Assembly (NCBI GenBank): GCA_964500415.1
Contig: CAZCOB010000001.1
Location: 15,204-79,203 of the forward strand
From: an uncultured Dehalococcoidaceae bacterium
GTDB taxonomy: Bacteria > Chloroflexota > Dehalococcoidia > Dehalococcoidales > RBG-16-60-22
DNA length: 64,000 nucleotides
Reading direction: 5' to 3'
Below the pieces are notes generated by a model. It saw only the letters and a program-made list of their open reading frames with translations, had not been told where the DNA came from and ran no database searches. This document shows, one piece after another, positions 10,218 to 19,664 of the stretch (its first letter is position 1; each line of letters starts with the position of its first letter). The position numbers and the translations under genes were made by a program.

Positions 10218-10240
10218 GTTAATGGATAATTTCCATTAAC
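10218..10240. promoter_or_regulatory. 8-bp inverted repeat in the wzm leader (operator or RNA hairpin)
   Basis: GTTAATGG-N7-CCATTAAC, 13-35 nt upstream of the wzm TTG start. Confidence 0.4.
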
Positions 10241-10330
10241 GTTCATCAAGCGTAACACGGGTATTGTATCGTTTAAGCGTCGGCTGATAAGAGGATGTTG
10301 CCTCATCATTATCGCTCTTGGTGTTAACCT

Positions 10331-10339
10331 ATTATACCA
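10331..10339 (-). promoter_or_regulatory. Extended -10 promoter for the wzm-wzt operon
   Basis: Minus strand reads TGGTATAAT; no clear -35. Confidence 0.55.
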
Positions 10340-10377
10340 CAAGCGGCGAATCTATAGTCCAATTTAAGAAGACATAG

Positions 10378-10548
10378 CTGGACGATGAAGGTATTAAACT
10401 GGCACTCAACATACTCGGTATCGCGGTATGGCTGGACGGTGAAAACGTAGAAGTGACGGGCTCTTTAGACCCTGGCATCGTGTTCACACCCTCGGGGGGG
10501 GCGCCAGCCCCCTCTCGAAATTATTCTCCTACTCTATCATTCTGCTAA
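10378..10548 (+). pseudogene. Probable C-terminal remnant of a large serine recombinase
   Basis: Start-less open frame LDDEGIKLALNILGIAVWLDGENVEVTGSLDPGIVFTPS, preceded by an in-frame stop; resembles from recall the C-terminal tail of Dehalococcoidia recombinases; no search run. Confidence 0.5.
10492..10518. repeat. REP-like GC hairpin
   Basis: GGGGGC-GCCA-GCCCCC core, similar to AGGGGC-TTCG-CCCCT hairpins at 56641 and 62837. Confidence 0.55.
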
Positions 10549-10610
10549 TATTGACTTTTTAGCCTCATGCCGATTAAAGTAACTACAGCAAGATTCAGTA
10601 GAGGTATATC

Positions 10611-11597
10611 TTGGTCTGGCTTAAGCTTGTTATTTGCATACTGGTTATTTTCTTTTCCGGGCAGAAAGTAGCCAAATACGGTGATGTCATCTCGGAGAGA
10701 ACCGGTATCGGTCAGGTGTGGATGGGTGTCATCGCCATAGCGCTGATAACTTCGCTGCCCGAGCTTTTTACCGGCATCAGCGCCGTAACCCTGGTGAACG
10801 CCCCCGATTTAACCATCGGCGACCTCATCGGTGCCAATGCCTTCAACCTGTTAAATCTCGCCCTGCTCGATATTTTCCACAAGAACGGTTCCATCCTGGC
10901 GATAGCCAGCCGGGCGCACCTCCTCACCGGCTGGTTCAGCCTCAGTCTTGTGGTAATCGTGGCTGTCTTTATCTTCATCAGCTGCCGCTTCTCCGCCATG
11001 TCGCTCGGCTGGATTGGCTGGTACACTCCCGTCATTATCCTTTTCTATCTGTTCTCGGTGCGGCAGATATTTCATTACGAGAAAACACACCTGGCGATGA
11101 AAGAAGCCAGCCCTTTCCCGGCTGAGATGTCCTTAAAACGAATCTATATTTACTTCGGTATCGCGGCGGTTTTTATTATAGGCGCCGGTATCTGGCTGGC
11201 TACTATCGGCGACGAGATTGCACAGGTCACCGGCTGGGGACAGAGCTTTGTGGGCAGCCTTTTCCTGGCCTTTACCACCACCCTCCCCGAGATAACGGTT
11301 TCCTTCACCGCTTTGCGAATCGGTGCTGTCGATATGGCGGTAGCTAACATGGTCGGCAGCAATCTGTTCAACCTGACCATCATCCCCGTAATCGACCTTA
11401 TTTATGCTAAAGAGCCTGTCCTGGCTCAGGTCTCGGAGAGCCATCTGGTTACCGCCGGGGCTGTTCTTTTAATGTCGCTGCTCTTTGTTGCCGGGCTGCG
11501 TTTTAAACCGGGGAGGTATTTCCGCCTGAGCTGGTTTAACATCGGTATAATTGTGTTGTTCATTGCTGGCGCGTATTTTAATTTCGTCGTGTCCTGA
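10611..11597 (+). CDS. Sodium:calcium antiporter (YrbG/CaCA family)
   Basis: Two alpha repeats: ITSLPELFT..IGANAFN and TTTLPEITV..VGSNLFN. Confidence 0.9.
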   Translation: MVWLKLVICILVIFFSGQKVAKYGDVISERTGIGQVWMGVIAIALITSLPELFTGISAVTLVNAPDLTIGDLIGANAFNLLNLALLDIFHKNGSILAIASRAHLLTGWFSLSLVVIVAVFIFISCRFSAMSLGWIGWYTPVIILFYLFSVRQIFHYEKTHLAMKEASPFPAEMSLKRIYIYFGIAAVFIIGAGIWLATIGDEIAQVTGWGQSFVGSLFLAFTTTLPEITVSFTALRIGAVDMAVANMVGSNLFNLTIIPVIDLIYAKEPVLAQVSESHLVTAGAVLLMSLLFVAGLRFKPGRYFRLSWFNIGIIVLFIAGAYFNFVVS

Positions 11598-11614
11598 AGA
11601 GGAGAACTGTAAGG

Positions 11615-12685
11615 ATGCAAAAATTAACGGCGGTAATCCTGGTGGGCGGTCCGGGTTTGCGGCTCCGCCCGCTTACCGATGATAGGCCCAAGTCCGTTTT
11701 GCCGGTGCTTAACCGGCCCTTTATTGAGCATACCATTGCCTATCTCAAGCAGTTCGGCATCGAGGATATCGTCCTGACTCTGAACTACCTGCCGGATGTC
11801 ATTCGCGGATATCTGGGGGATGGCAGCCGCTGCGGCGTCCGCCTGACCTATTGCCTGGAAGAAGAGCCGCTGGGTACTGCCGGCGCCGTCGAAAATGCCG
11901 CGAGTTACCTGGACGGTACCTTTCTTGTCCTCAACGGCGATATTTTCACCGATATGAATCTGGCCGACATGCTCGCTTTTCACCGCGATAAAAAGGCAAA
12001 GGCTACCATATCGTTAGCCTGGGTTGACGACCCCAGCGCCTTTGGAGTCGTTGAAACCGATGATGAAAAAAAGGTGAAGCGCTTTATCGAAAAGCCTCCC
12101 CTCACCGAGGCCGCCACCAACTGGATAAATGCCGGGATTTACGTCCTGGAGCCGGAAGTCCTGGAGCTTATACCATCGAATACCCACTACATGTTCGAAA
12201 AAGGCCTTTTCCCTCTCCTTCTGGATACGGGAGAGCCGGTGTATGGCTATCCGTACCGCGGCTACTGGCTGGACATGGGCACGCCGGATAAATACTTTTC
12301 CCTGAATGTTGACCTCCTGTCATCGAAAGTAGCCAGCCCGCTGGTTTCTTTGTCGGGGCAAAATGGTATATATTATAACCGTGATGTTATCATCCATCCT
12401 TCGGCGGAAATATCACCGCCCGTATTGATTGGTAGCGGCAGCCGCATAGGACAGGGAGTAAACATCAGAGGCCCGGTGGTTATCGGGCGGGAGTGCCGCC
12501 TGGAACAGGACGCCGGTATAGAAAACGTCTTGTTATGGGATAATATTGATATCGGGGCCGGGGCCAGACTCAGTCGGTCAGTTGTTAGCAGTGATATGAG
12601 TGTTAGGGCAAATCAGGATATTACGAATCGTGTTTTAACCCCTTCGCAAACGGCGACGCTGTTTCCGGCTTTAATAAACGGGTGA
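11615..12685 (+). CDS. NDP-sugar synthase (mannose-1-phosphate guanylyltransferase family)
   Basis: LVGGPGLRLRPLT..PKSVLPV, EPLGTAGA, LNGDI, WLDMGTP, C-terminal hexapeptide repeats. Confidence 0.9.
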   Translation: MQKLTAVILVGGPGLRLRPLTDDRPKSVLPVLNRPFIEHTIAYLKQFGIEDIVLTLNYLPDVIRGYLGDGSRCGVRLTYCLEEEPLGTAGAVENAASYLDGTFLVLNGDIFTDMNLADMLAFHRDKKAKATISLAWVDDPSAFGVVETDDEKKVKRFIEKPPLTEAATNWINAGIYVLEPEVLELIPSNTHYMFEKGLFPLLLDTGEPVYGYPYRGYWLDMGTPDKYFSLNVDLLSSKVASPLVSLSGQNGIYYNRDVIIHPSAEISPPVLIGSGSRIGQGVNIRGPVVIGRECRLEQDAGIENVLLWDNIDIGAGARLSRSVVSSDMSVRANQDITNRVLTPSQTATLFPALING

Positions 12686-12706
12686 ATTTACTATAAAGGA
12701 GCACCT

Positions 12707-12880
12707 ATGGCAGCAGAAGCAATAAAGGGAGAGGCTAAAGGGAAGAGGCAGGAACCAAGGAAAATTACGTTCAAATGTCAGCGCTGTGAAAAACAGAGGG
12801 CGCTTGAAGAAATGGTGAGCCTCACCCGGTTCCGGCCGGTGCTGGTAGTATGCCGGGATTGTGCCAAAGAGATACGTTAG
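12707..12880 (+). CDS. Small Zn-finger protein, 57 aa
   Basis: Below the ORF-track cutoff; AAGGAG RBS; MAAEAIK..FKCQRCEK..VVCRDCAKEIR with two CxxC. Confidence 0.75.
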   Translation: MAAEAIKGEAKGKRQEPRKITFKCQRCEKQRALEEMVSLTRFRPVLVVCRDCAKEIR

Positions 12881-12920
12881 GTATCATGATATTGCTCTGA
12901 GATTATAGGGGGGGTGTTTG

Positions 12921-13556
12921 ATGGCTGAGGAACTCGGGAAAATAGAGAAACTTCCGGTAGAAGATTTTAAAAAAGGCAGAAAGCTGTACTTCGTTCCGCT
13001 TATTTACGGCGGCGTGGACATGCCGGAAAATTATATTGAGAAATTAAATAAATACTGGGAACAGGTGGAAAAGCAGATTGAGGAACTGGCCTCGAAACTC
13101 GGCGAGGTAAACAGGATATACCACGAGCTGATTACGCTGCCCGGCGATGAAGGCTGTAAGAACGTTAAGGAGTTGAGTGAACCGAGTCATAAAATCGTTC
13201 GGGCCTGTATGGATAAGAAGGCGCAGCTGGAAGCCGTCGAGGATGGTGATATCCTGACGGAATTCATGGACTGGAGCCGTTGCCTGATAATCGGCCTGCA
13301 AAACCCGAAGGTAGTATCAAAGGTCTACGAATCTTATACGGAAATCGGTAAAAAGAGAAACGAGTATATTGCCTGGAAAATCGACGAAACGCTTAAAGAG
13401 AATGAAATCGGGATATTACTCATGAGGGAAAATCATCAGGTACAATTCCCGTCTGACATACAGGTGTTTTATGTCGCCCCACCAGCCCTGGACGAGATTA
13501 AACGCTGGCTCAGGGAAAATGAAAATAAGACAGACCGGGAAGCCGAACGGAAGTAA
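12921..13556 (+). CDS. Hypothetical protein
   Basis: 211-aa ORF with G-rich RBS and no recognised motif. Confidence 0.75.
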   Translation: MAEELGKIEKLPVEDFKKGRKLYFVPLIYGGVDMPENYIEKLNKYWEQVEKQIEELASKLGEVNRIYHELITLPGDEGCKNVKELSEPSHKIVRACMDKKAQLEAVEDGDILTEFMDWSRCLIIGLQNPKVVSKVYESYTEIGKKRNEYIAWKIDETLKENEIGILLMRENHQVQFPSDIQVFYVAPPALDEIKRWLRENENKTDREAERK

Positions 13557-13569
13557 TTAGCCTCTTCTC

Positions 13570-13746
13570 CTAGTGGGCATACACCTTTTTTCTTTTAGCC
13601 TTCGGTGTTTTCGTTACCGGGGCGAGGTGCCTGTAATAGACCGCGCTGCACTGCAGACAGGTTATGTAAACTCCTTCGTCATCGCGTTCCAGGAACAGGT
13701 CGCCGCCGCAACGTTTACACCCTTTGAATTTGACTATATTTAGCAT
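13570..13746 (-). CDS. Small Zn-ribbon protein, 58 aa
   Basis: Below the ORF-track cutoff; GGAGG RBS; MLNIVKFKGCKRCGGDLFLERDDEGVYITCLQCSAVYY with a basic tail. Confidence 0.78.
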   Translation of the reverse strand: MLNIVKFKGCKRCGGDLFLERDDEGVYITCLQCSAVYYRHLAPVTKTPKAKRKKVYAH

Positions 13747-13962
13747 TACCCTTCCCCTCCTTGGAGACCGCTGTTTTAACCTCCGTTCTTTTTTATACAG
13801 CAGTTTGTAATAGTTGCGTGTTTAACGTTCTCTGCAATCGTTTCATTCGCTTTAATCGTTGGTATTGTAAAGAAGCGGTATCACAGAGATATCACAAAAT
13901 ACGTTACGAACGTCACAAAATCATCACAAATGCGGTTTTCGTATAAAATGTAACGGTTTGCT

Positions 13963-13992
13963 TTGACAAGGTAAACGTAAATAAACTAGAAT
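13963..13992 (+). promoter_or_regulatory. Sigma70-type promoter
   Basis: TTGACA-N18-TAGAAT upstream of 14041. Confidence 0.7.
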
Positions 13993-14040
13993 TTTTTTAA
14001 TAACTCACGTTCTAAAATTTCAATTTTCAGGAGGTAAAGC

Positions 14041-14535
14041 ATGGCGGGAAAATACGATGAGTACATTCATCATCCGCCCCATGTCCGGATGAGCATGAAG
14101 GCGGACAAGAGCATTATTTTCGATGGGCTGTGGGTGGGCAAACAGCTTATAAATTATGATTTTACTTTCGGCCATCAGTTTGTCAGAAAACCGTTTAAAG
14201 GAGATAATCCCGCTCATACCCACAATTTCCAGGAGTTTTTGGCCTGGTACGGCGGCAACCCTGACGACCCCGACGATTTCGGGGGTGAAGTGGTATTCTA
14301 CATGGGTGAAGAACTGGAAAAACACGTCTTTACCCGGCCGACGGTTGTCTCCCTGCCGCCGGGGCTTGTCCATTGCCCCCTGGAGATAACTAGGATTGAC
14401 CGCCCGATTATTCAGATAGAAATGATGCTCGCTCCCCCGGACGGTTCGCCCCCGACAAGGGAACCTTTCTTCGAAAAAGATAAGGGTTTTAATCCCCAGG
14501 ATGTGATGGAATTCGAGGATTTATCACGCCGGTAA
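14041..14535 (+). CDS. Uncharacterised cupin-like protein, paralog 1
   Basis: HTHNFQE..GNPDDPDDFGGEV..EKH..PPGLVHCP; GGAGGT RBS. Confidence 0.8.
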   Translation: MAGKYDEYIHHPPHVRMSMKADKSIIFDGLWVGKQLINYDFTFGHQFVRKPFKGDNPAHTHNFQEFLAWYGGNPDDPDDFGGEVVFYMGEELEKHVFTRPTVVSLPPGLVHCPLEITRIDRPIIQIEMMLAPPDGSPPTREPFFEKDKGFNPQDVMEFEDLSRR

Positions 14536-14636
14536 CCCGTGGCTCGTCAGGGTTGCTGTTTGTTAATTGAATGTGACCGGCCGGCTGCTTGAGGCTGTTT
14601 TATCTCCGGGCGGCCGACCTGAGAAGTTGGATTATC

Positions 14637-15101
14637 ATGGAGATACTATCAGCGCAGGATTCCCATGTACCCGGCATTGTAGATGTCTGGGAGGAGTTTG
14701 CCATCTTCCACGAAGATATGGACCCCCGCTATCCCATGGTGGATAACGTCCGTTCCGGCTTTGAAGAGCACTTAAAAGACTTGATGGCGGATGCCGACAC
14801 CCTTGTCCTCGTCGCCCTCGATAAAGGGAAAGTGGTCGGCCATTCTATCGCACAGGTCAGGAAGTCCTCTCCGGCGTTTAAGCGGGAAAGGTTTGGATTC
14901 ATCGACGAAATGGCCGTAAAGGCGGAGTACCGCCGCTGCGGCGTTGGGACGCAGCTGCTGGAGAAAATACTCGAGTGGTTCGGGTCGCAGAATATAGATA
15001 TGATTGAATTAGATGTAGCCGCTGCGAATCAGGTAGGCCACCCTTTCTGGAAGAAGCACGGCTTTCAGGTTTACCTGCACCGCTTATATTTGAAAACGTA
15101 G
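14637..15101 (+). CDS. GNAT family N-acetyltransferase
   Basis: VKAEYRRCGVGTQLL acetyl-CoA motif; FWKKHGF. Confidence 0.88.
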   Translation: MEILSAQDSHVPGIVDVWEEFAIFHEDMDPRYPMVDNVRSGFEEHLKDLMADADTLVLVALDKGKVVGHSIAQVRKSSPAFKRERFGFIDEMAVKAEYRRCGVGTQLLEKILEWFGSQNIDMIELDVAAANQVGHPFWKKHGFQVYLHRLYLKT

Positions 15102-15116
15102 CACGTATAATCGGCC

Positions 15117-15965
15117 TTAATCTTCCCTCCAGTTCCAGTCCATTCCGCCTTTGAAAACTTGCGAGTTCATCTCGTTGCTGATAAAGAGGTTGGCATCGGG
15201 GAAACGTTTTACCATGGCGTAATAAAATCCGGCAACGTCATTCGTTTTTGGAAGTTCCTCGTCGGTAGCGACCAGGTATTCCCTGGTAAAACTGAACGAA
15301 CTGGAGTCGAAGGGCATCCCCGGTTTCTGGTGTCCGGGAATGACTACCTCGGCGCCCATTTTCTCCAGGCGCTCTATATCCTTTAGCCATTGCTGGCGTT
15401 CTTCGGCCGTAACCTCGCAGGTAAACAGGTGCGCTTGGTTAAAAAGAACATCGCTTCCGTACAGGGTTTTTATGGAAGGTATCCACACCACCGTGTTGTA
15501 TTTCAGGTCTCCCATTACTTCCGGTATTATCTCGATACGGTGTCCTTCCAGCTCGAAGTGGTTCTCGGCAAGAGGTTCGATATTTACCGCTTTTCTGGGT
15601 GTGTTGATAACTCCTATGGTTGCTTCCCAGTGTTCGATTTTCCCAAAAAACTGATTATTTATCGTGCGGGCTACCGAAGGGAGCGCGATGACCCGGGCTT
15701 CGGGGAAAGCCTCGGCAATCGGTCCGAGGCCAAAGTAATGGTCGGGATGCGCGTGAGTCACGTAAATCGTTTTCAGGTATTTGCCTGTTTCCAGTATTTC
15801 CGCGACAACTCGATGGGCATTGGATAGAGTCCACTGCGCATCGATAAGGACGGTATCGGTCTCCCCGGTCACGATTACGGAAGCAACTTCGAAACCGCTT
15901 TCGTCGCTGAAAAAGACTTTCGTGGCCGGTAAATCCGGCCCGTGTGTGTCGATTCTAACTTCCAT
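15117..15965 (-). CDS. MBL-fold metallo-hydrolase
   Basis: LIDAQ, THAHPDH, GSD, VIPGH; GGAGG RBS before ATG 15965. Confidence 0.88.
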   Translation of the reverse strand: MEVRIDTHGPDLPATKVFFSDESGFEVASVIVTGETDTVLIDAQWTLSNAHRVVAEILETGKYLKTIYVTHAHPDHYFGLGPIAEAFPEARVIALPSVARTINNQFFGKIEHWEATIGVINTPRKAVNIEPLAENHFELEGHRIEIIPEVMGDLKYNTVVWIPSIKTLYGSDVLFNQAHLFTCEVTAEERQQWLKDIERLEKMGAEVVIPGHQKPGMPFDSSSFSFTREYLVATDEELPKTNDVAGFYYAMVKRFPDANLFISNEMNSQVFKGGMDWNWRED

Positions 15966-16097
15966 AGACTGGTCCTCCAAAAAGAGATATTTAAGTTTAT
16001 CAAGCAGTGCTCCAAATTGCAAAAAGTTATCAATGCTCTTAATAATCTTCCACCCCTTGCCCCTTTGCCCACTTTTCCGTTACAATTCAATAGCCAC

Positions 16098-16187
16098 GGA
16101 GAGGTGTCCGAGTGGTTTATGGTGCCGCTCTCGAAAAGCGGTCTACGTGCAAGCGTAGCGTGGGTTCGAATCCCACCCTCTCCGCCA
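16098..16187 (+). tRNA. tRNA-Ser(CGA)
   Basis: GGAGAGG..CCTCTCCGCCA; anticodon arm CCGCT-CTCGAAA-AGCGG; long variable arm. Confidence 0.96.
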
Positions 16188-16232
16188 TAATGCTATCAAC
16201 CCGTTGTGAAAATCTGCTAAAATAAAGAGCGC

Positions 16233-16323
<91 letters not shown>

Positions 16324-16395
16324 CCTTTTACAAAGTTTTGGGGGGGGGGGAGGTAGCTCTCTCGCCATTGTTCAATATGAACGAGGTAGCGTCAG

Positions 16396-17451
16396 ATGAA
16401 AGTAATTGATTTGCGCAGCGACACCGTTACCCACCCCACCGCTGAAATGCGGAAGGCAATCTTTAAGGCGGAAGTCGGTGACGATGTTTACCGCGAGGAC
16501 CCCACCGTCAATCAGCTTGAGACAATGGCCGCTGAAAGAATGGGTAAAGAAGCCGCCCTCTTAACCACCTCCGGCACCCAGAGTAATCTTATCGCCGTAC
16601 TTACCCATACCGGTCATGGCAACGAGATAATATTGGGCGAAGATGCCCACATGTTGTGGTACGAAGTGGGTGGTGCTGCCGCCCTGGGCGGTGTGGTTAT
16701 GCGCACCCTGCCCAATGACAGTAACGGCCGTCTCGACCCCGATGACATCGAGCAGGCCATCCGGGGTAAATATATACACTACCCGGAGAGCACGCTCCTC
16801 TGTCTTGAGAATACGCATAATCGCTGCGGCGGGGCGGTTCTTTCCGCGGACTATACAGACGAAGTCTGTAATCTGGCCCATGCACACGACCTGAAGGTGC
16901 ATCTTGACGGTGCCCGTATTTTCAATGCCGCAGTTGCTCTCGGCGTACCGGCACGCGTACTTGTGAAAAACGTCGACTCGGTTTCGTTCTGCCTTTCTAA
17001 GGGACTCAGCGCACCGGTCGGGTCGCTGTTATGCGGAAACAGCGATTTTATCGAGCCAGCCCGCAAGTTCCGTAAGATGCTGGGCGGCGGTATGAGGCAG
17101 GCGGGGATTATCGCAGCCGCAGGCATTGTGGCACTCCGAACAATGATAGACCGCTTAAAGCAAGACCACGACAATGCGAGACGTCTGGCCCGGGGATTGG
17201 CAGGTATCGAAGGAATCACGCTGGCCCGGGACGATGTACCCACCAACATCGTTATGTTCGACCTCTCACCGGAGTTATCTTTTGGAGAGTTCGTTGAGGG
17301 TCTTGAAAAGGAAGGGGTAAAGGTGGGTTCGCGCGGTGGGAATTTATTTCGTGCGGTTACTCACCGGATGATTTCATCCTCAGACATTGACAAAGCGCTG
17401 ACACGCATCGAAGCAGTATGTCAGAGACTCAGCCGTCGAAGTCATAAATAG
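16396..17451 (+). CDS. ltaE: Low-specificity L-threonine aldolase
   Basis: DLRSDTVT, EDPTV, LENTHN, HLDGARIFNA, CLSKGLSAPVGS (PLP Lys). Confidence 0.95.
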   Translation: MKVIDLRSDTVTHPTAEMRKAIFKAEVGDDVYREDPTVNQLETMAAERMGKEAALLTTSGTQSNLIAVLTHTGHGNEIILGEDAHMLWYEVGGAAALGGVVMRTLPNDSNGRLDPDDIEQAIRGKYIHYPESTLLCLENTHNRCGGAVLSADYTDEVCNLAHAHDLKVHLDGARIFNAAVALGVPARVLVKNVDSVSFCLSKGLSAPVGSLLCGNSDFIEPARKFRKMLGGGMRQAGIIAAAGIVALRTMIDRLKQDHDNARRLARGLAGIEGITLARDDVPTNIVMFDLSPELSFGEFVEGLEKEGVKVGSRGGNLFRAVTHRMISSSDIDKALTRIEAVCQRLSRRSHK

Positions 17452-17473
17452 TTTTTTATTAATTTACGTTCAG

Positions 17474-18697
17474 TTATCCCGAGGGTCCTTCCGGCCGGGT
17501 AAAACGGGGCAAATCCTTAATTTCATCAAGTATCTGTGAGGCCATCGTCAGGGCTTCGTTACATTTATTTTCCACAAACTCTGTTAGTATCTTTCTGGCT
17601 TCATCCGGCTTACCATCGTCAGCCAGAATCGCAACCTTTGCCTCCAGCCCGGTGCTTTCCTCCATGGTGTGTATTTCGAATATCTTCCAGTAACGGGTAA
17701 TTTTATCCCGGTACTCCGGGTGGTATTCTACCGCTAACCGCAGCTCTTCGAATATTTTAGCCGCCGCATTTGTCCCCATCGACTCGGGCACGGCATTAAT
17801 ACCGATATAGAATGGCAGATAGGGGGAAATACAGGGCTGTCCGAAGGTCGTCCACAGGCAGCTAAGCAAATCGGTATGGTCCGGCCTGGCAACGCAGATG
17901 TAGGCATAGGTCGTATATCCCTTCAGTCCGTGCGTGCATATGGTATAATGGTCTCTCTCCTCCGATACACCTAATACGCTGAACCGGTGGTCCTCGGGAG
18001 AGGTGTTTCCATGGTCTCTGAAGCAGCTCATCAGGTAGGACAGCGATATGCCCCTGGCGAACGTCATGCAGGAGTCGTATTGCTGGTCTATCAGCAGTTG
18101 CCACATCCTCTTGGCCCTGATGTAACCCAGTCCGATTCCGGCTTCAACCGCCTTGAGCCTTTGCGCAACAAAGAAATTGGCGTGGGCAAAGACCTGGTCG
18201 GTCATGGGGCCGTGGACGGCATGATTTTCCGGATTGTTATAAACCCAGTTTGCGGCTTCCAGGAGGTAGCCTTCCCTGGGGTCAGCAATCGTATGCGCAC
18301 CTGCCCCGCTGGGAAATTCGATTCCGTATTTGGTCACGTTCTCCGACCATAACTCGACGAATTTCCTGGCGCTATCGGACCGCTGCATCAGTTCCTTGCT
18401 GCTGAGAGGTTGCGGCTTATCCGGGCCGGGATACGGGACTATTCCGGCCGAACGGAAAAATTCGGTATTGCAAACGCCCTTTTCATTCAATGCGCTCATC
18501 GGACGCTCGAACATGCCGGCTACAGACAGGCATCGGTACCCGTCTTTGGGGATAACCAGCTCTATTTTAACGTTCTGCCAGAAGGGCACAAAAAGGTCCA
18601 TGGACTGCCCCACCATATTCCCCCCGCCTGCCGATGTTAAGCCCGTTACGAGTGCTCCCGTACATCCGCCTGGTGGTTGATACACAGTCTTTTCCAT
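17474..18697 (-). CDS. Ntn-hydrolase, C69/secernin-like or C45-related
   Basis: N-terminal GGCTG putative nucleophile then SAGGGNMVGQSMD; LNEKGV, AHANFF; C69-like C-terminal PCISPYLPF; GGAGG RBS before ATG 18697. Confidence 0.65.
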   Translation of the reverse strand: MEKTVYQPPGGCTGALVTGLTSAGGGNMVGQSMDLFVPFWQNVKIELVIPKDGYRCLSVAGMFERPMSALNEKGVCNTEFFRSAGIVPYPGPDKPQPLSSKELMQRSDSARKFVELWSENVTKYGIEFPSGAGAHTIADPREGYLLEAANWVYNNPENHAVHGPMTDQVFAHANFFVAQRLKAVEAGIGLGYIRAKRMWQLLIDQQYDSCMTFARGISLSYLMSCFRDHGNTSPEDHRFSVLGVSEERDHYTICTHGLKGYTTYAYICVARPDHTDLLSCLWTTFGQPCISPYLPFYIGINAVPESMGTNAAAKIFEELRLAVEYHPEYRDKITRYWKIFEIHTMEESTGLEAKVAILADDGKPDEARKILTEFVENKCNEALTMASQILDEIKDLPRFTRPEGPSG

Positions 18698-18811
18698 ACA
18701 ACCTCCAATCGTCCGCTGCTTTTTTTCTTTCATCTTTCCCCTCCTTAAACCGTTTGTCCGTTGATACTGACGATTTATACAGGGCAGTCTTCGATAACCC
18801 GCCGGTATTAC

Positions 18812-19594
18812 TTATTCGTCTCTCCCCGAGAGCAACCTGCCGCTGGTAACTTCCTTAAAGCGTTTGTTATACCCCTCCCGACCATCTGTATAGGCAGCGA
18901 TTACCCAGGTCATCTCTTTCAGGTTTTCTATCATGTTTCTTAATAAATTAAACGGTATGGATACGGTAACGTATCCCATCGTTGCCACCTGGCGTGCGAT
19001 ATGGCCGAAACATACTCCTTCAACGACATAGTTCAGTTGGCCTGAAATGTATGGATATACGAATGTCCACGCACAGCCGATAACCGGTGTGGTTCTACTG
19101 ACATACATTTCACCGGTTGAATAAGAATAAGATCGCAGTACAATTTCAGCCTGCCTGGCGGTGCCCGTGATAATCAGTACATCAGGGTCGAAATCCATCT
19201 CACTCAACGGCGCGAAGATGATATAGTTGCAGCTACCTTTTCTTAAAGTGGGAAGCACCTCGTAAATACGCCGGTTGGCGCGTGCCTCCTGAAAAATATC
19301 CAGTCCGTACTTGGTGCCAATTTGTCCGGACACGCTGAACGGGTCGTCATTGGCTATACCCAGACAAAGCGGCCCGGCACATTCAAAATGTGTCTCATCA
19401 ACATAAAAAGCTCCTGAATTCTGGGCTTCTTCCGGCATCAGGCAGAAAGCGAGGTTTTTATCCAGTCTCCTTACACCTTCCGGTTTATTAAAGAGAAATT
19501 TGATGCCGACAGGTTGTCTCTCCAGTTCCAGCTTGTTGAGAATCGACAAATCGATGCTTAGCGGATGTATCTCTGCGCTATTAAACTTGGTCAT
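18812..19594 (-). CDS. DUF169 domain protein
   Basis: PVGIKF, FCLM, FECAG, GC; GGAGGTGG RBS. Confidence 0.8.
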   Translation of the reverse strand: MTKFNSAEIHPLSIDLSILNKLELERQPVGIKFLFNKPEGVRRLDKNLAFCLMPEEAQNSGAFYVDETHFECAGPLCLGIANDDPFSVSGQIGTKYGLDIFQEARANRRIYEVLPTLRKGSCNYIIFAPLSEMDFDPDVLIITGTARQAEIVLRSYSYSTGEMYVSRTTPVIGCAWTFVYPYISGQLNYVVEGVCFGHIARQVATMGYVTVSIPFNLLRNMIENLKEMTWVIAAYTDGREGYNKRFKEVTSGRLLSGRDE

Positions 19595-19664
19595 AATTCC
19601 ACCTCCAATTATAATATTTTTTTATTCTAGCACATATTGTTATTAATGATTACCCCAGATTCCC

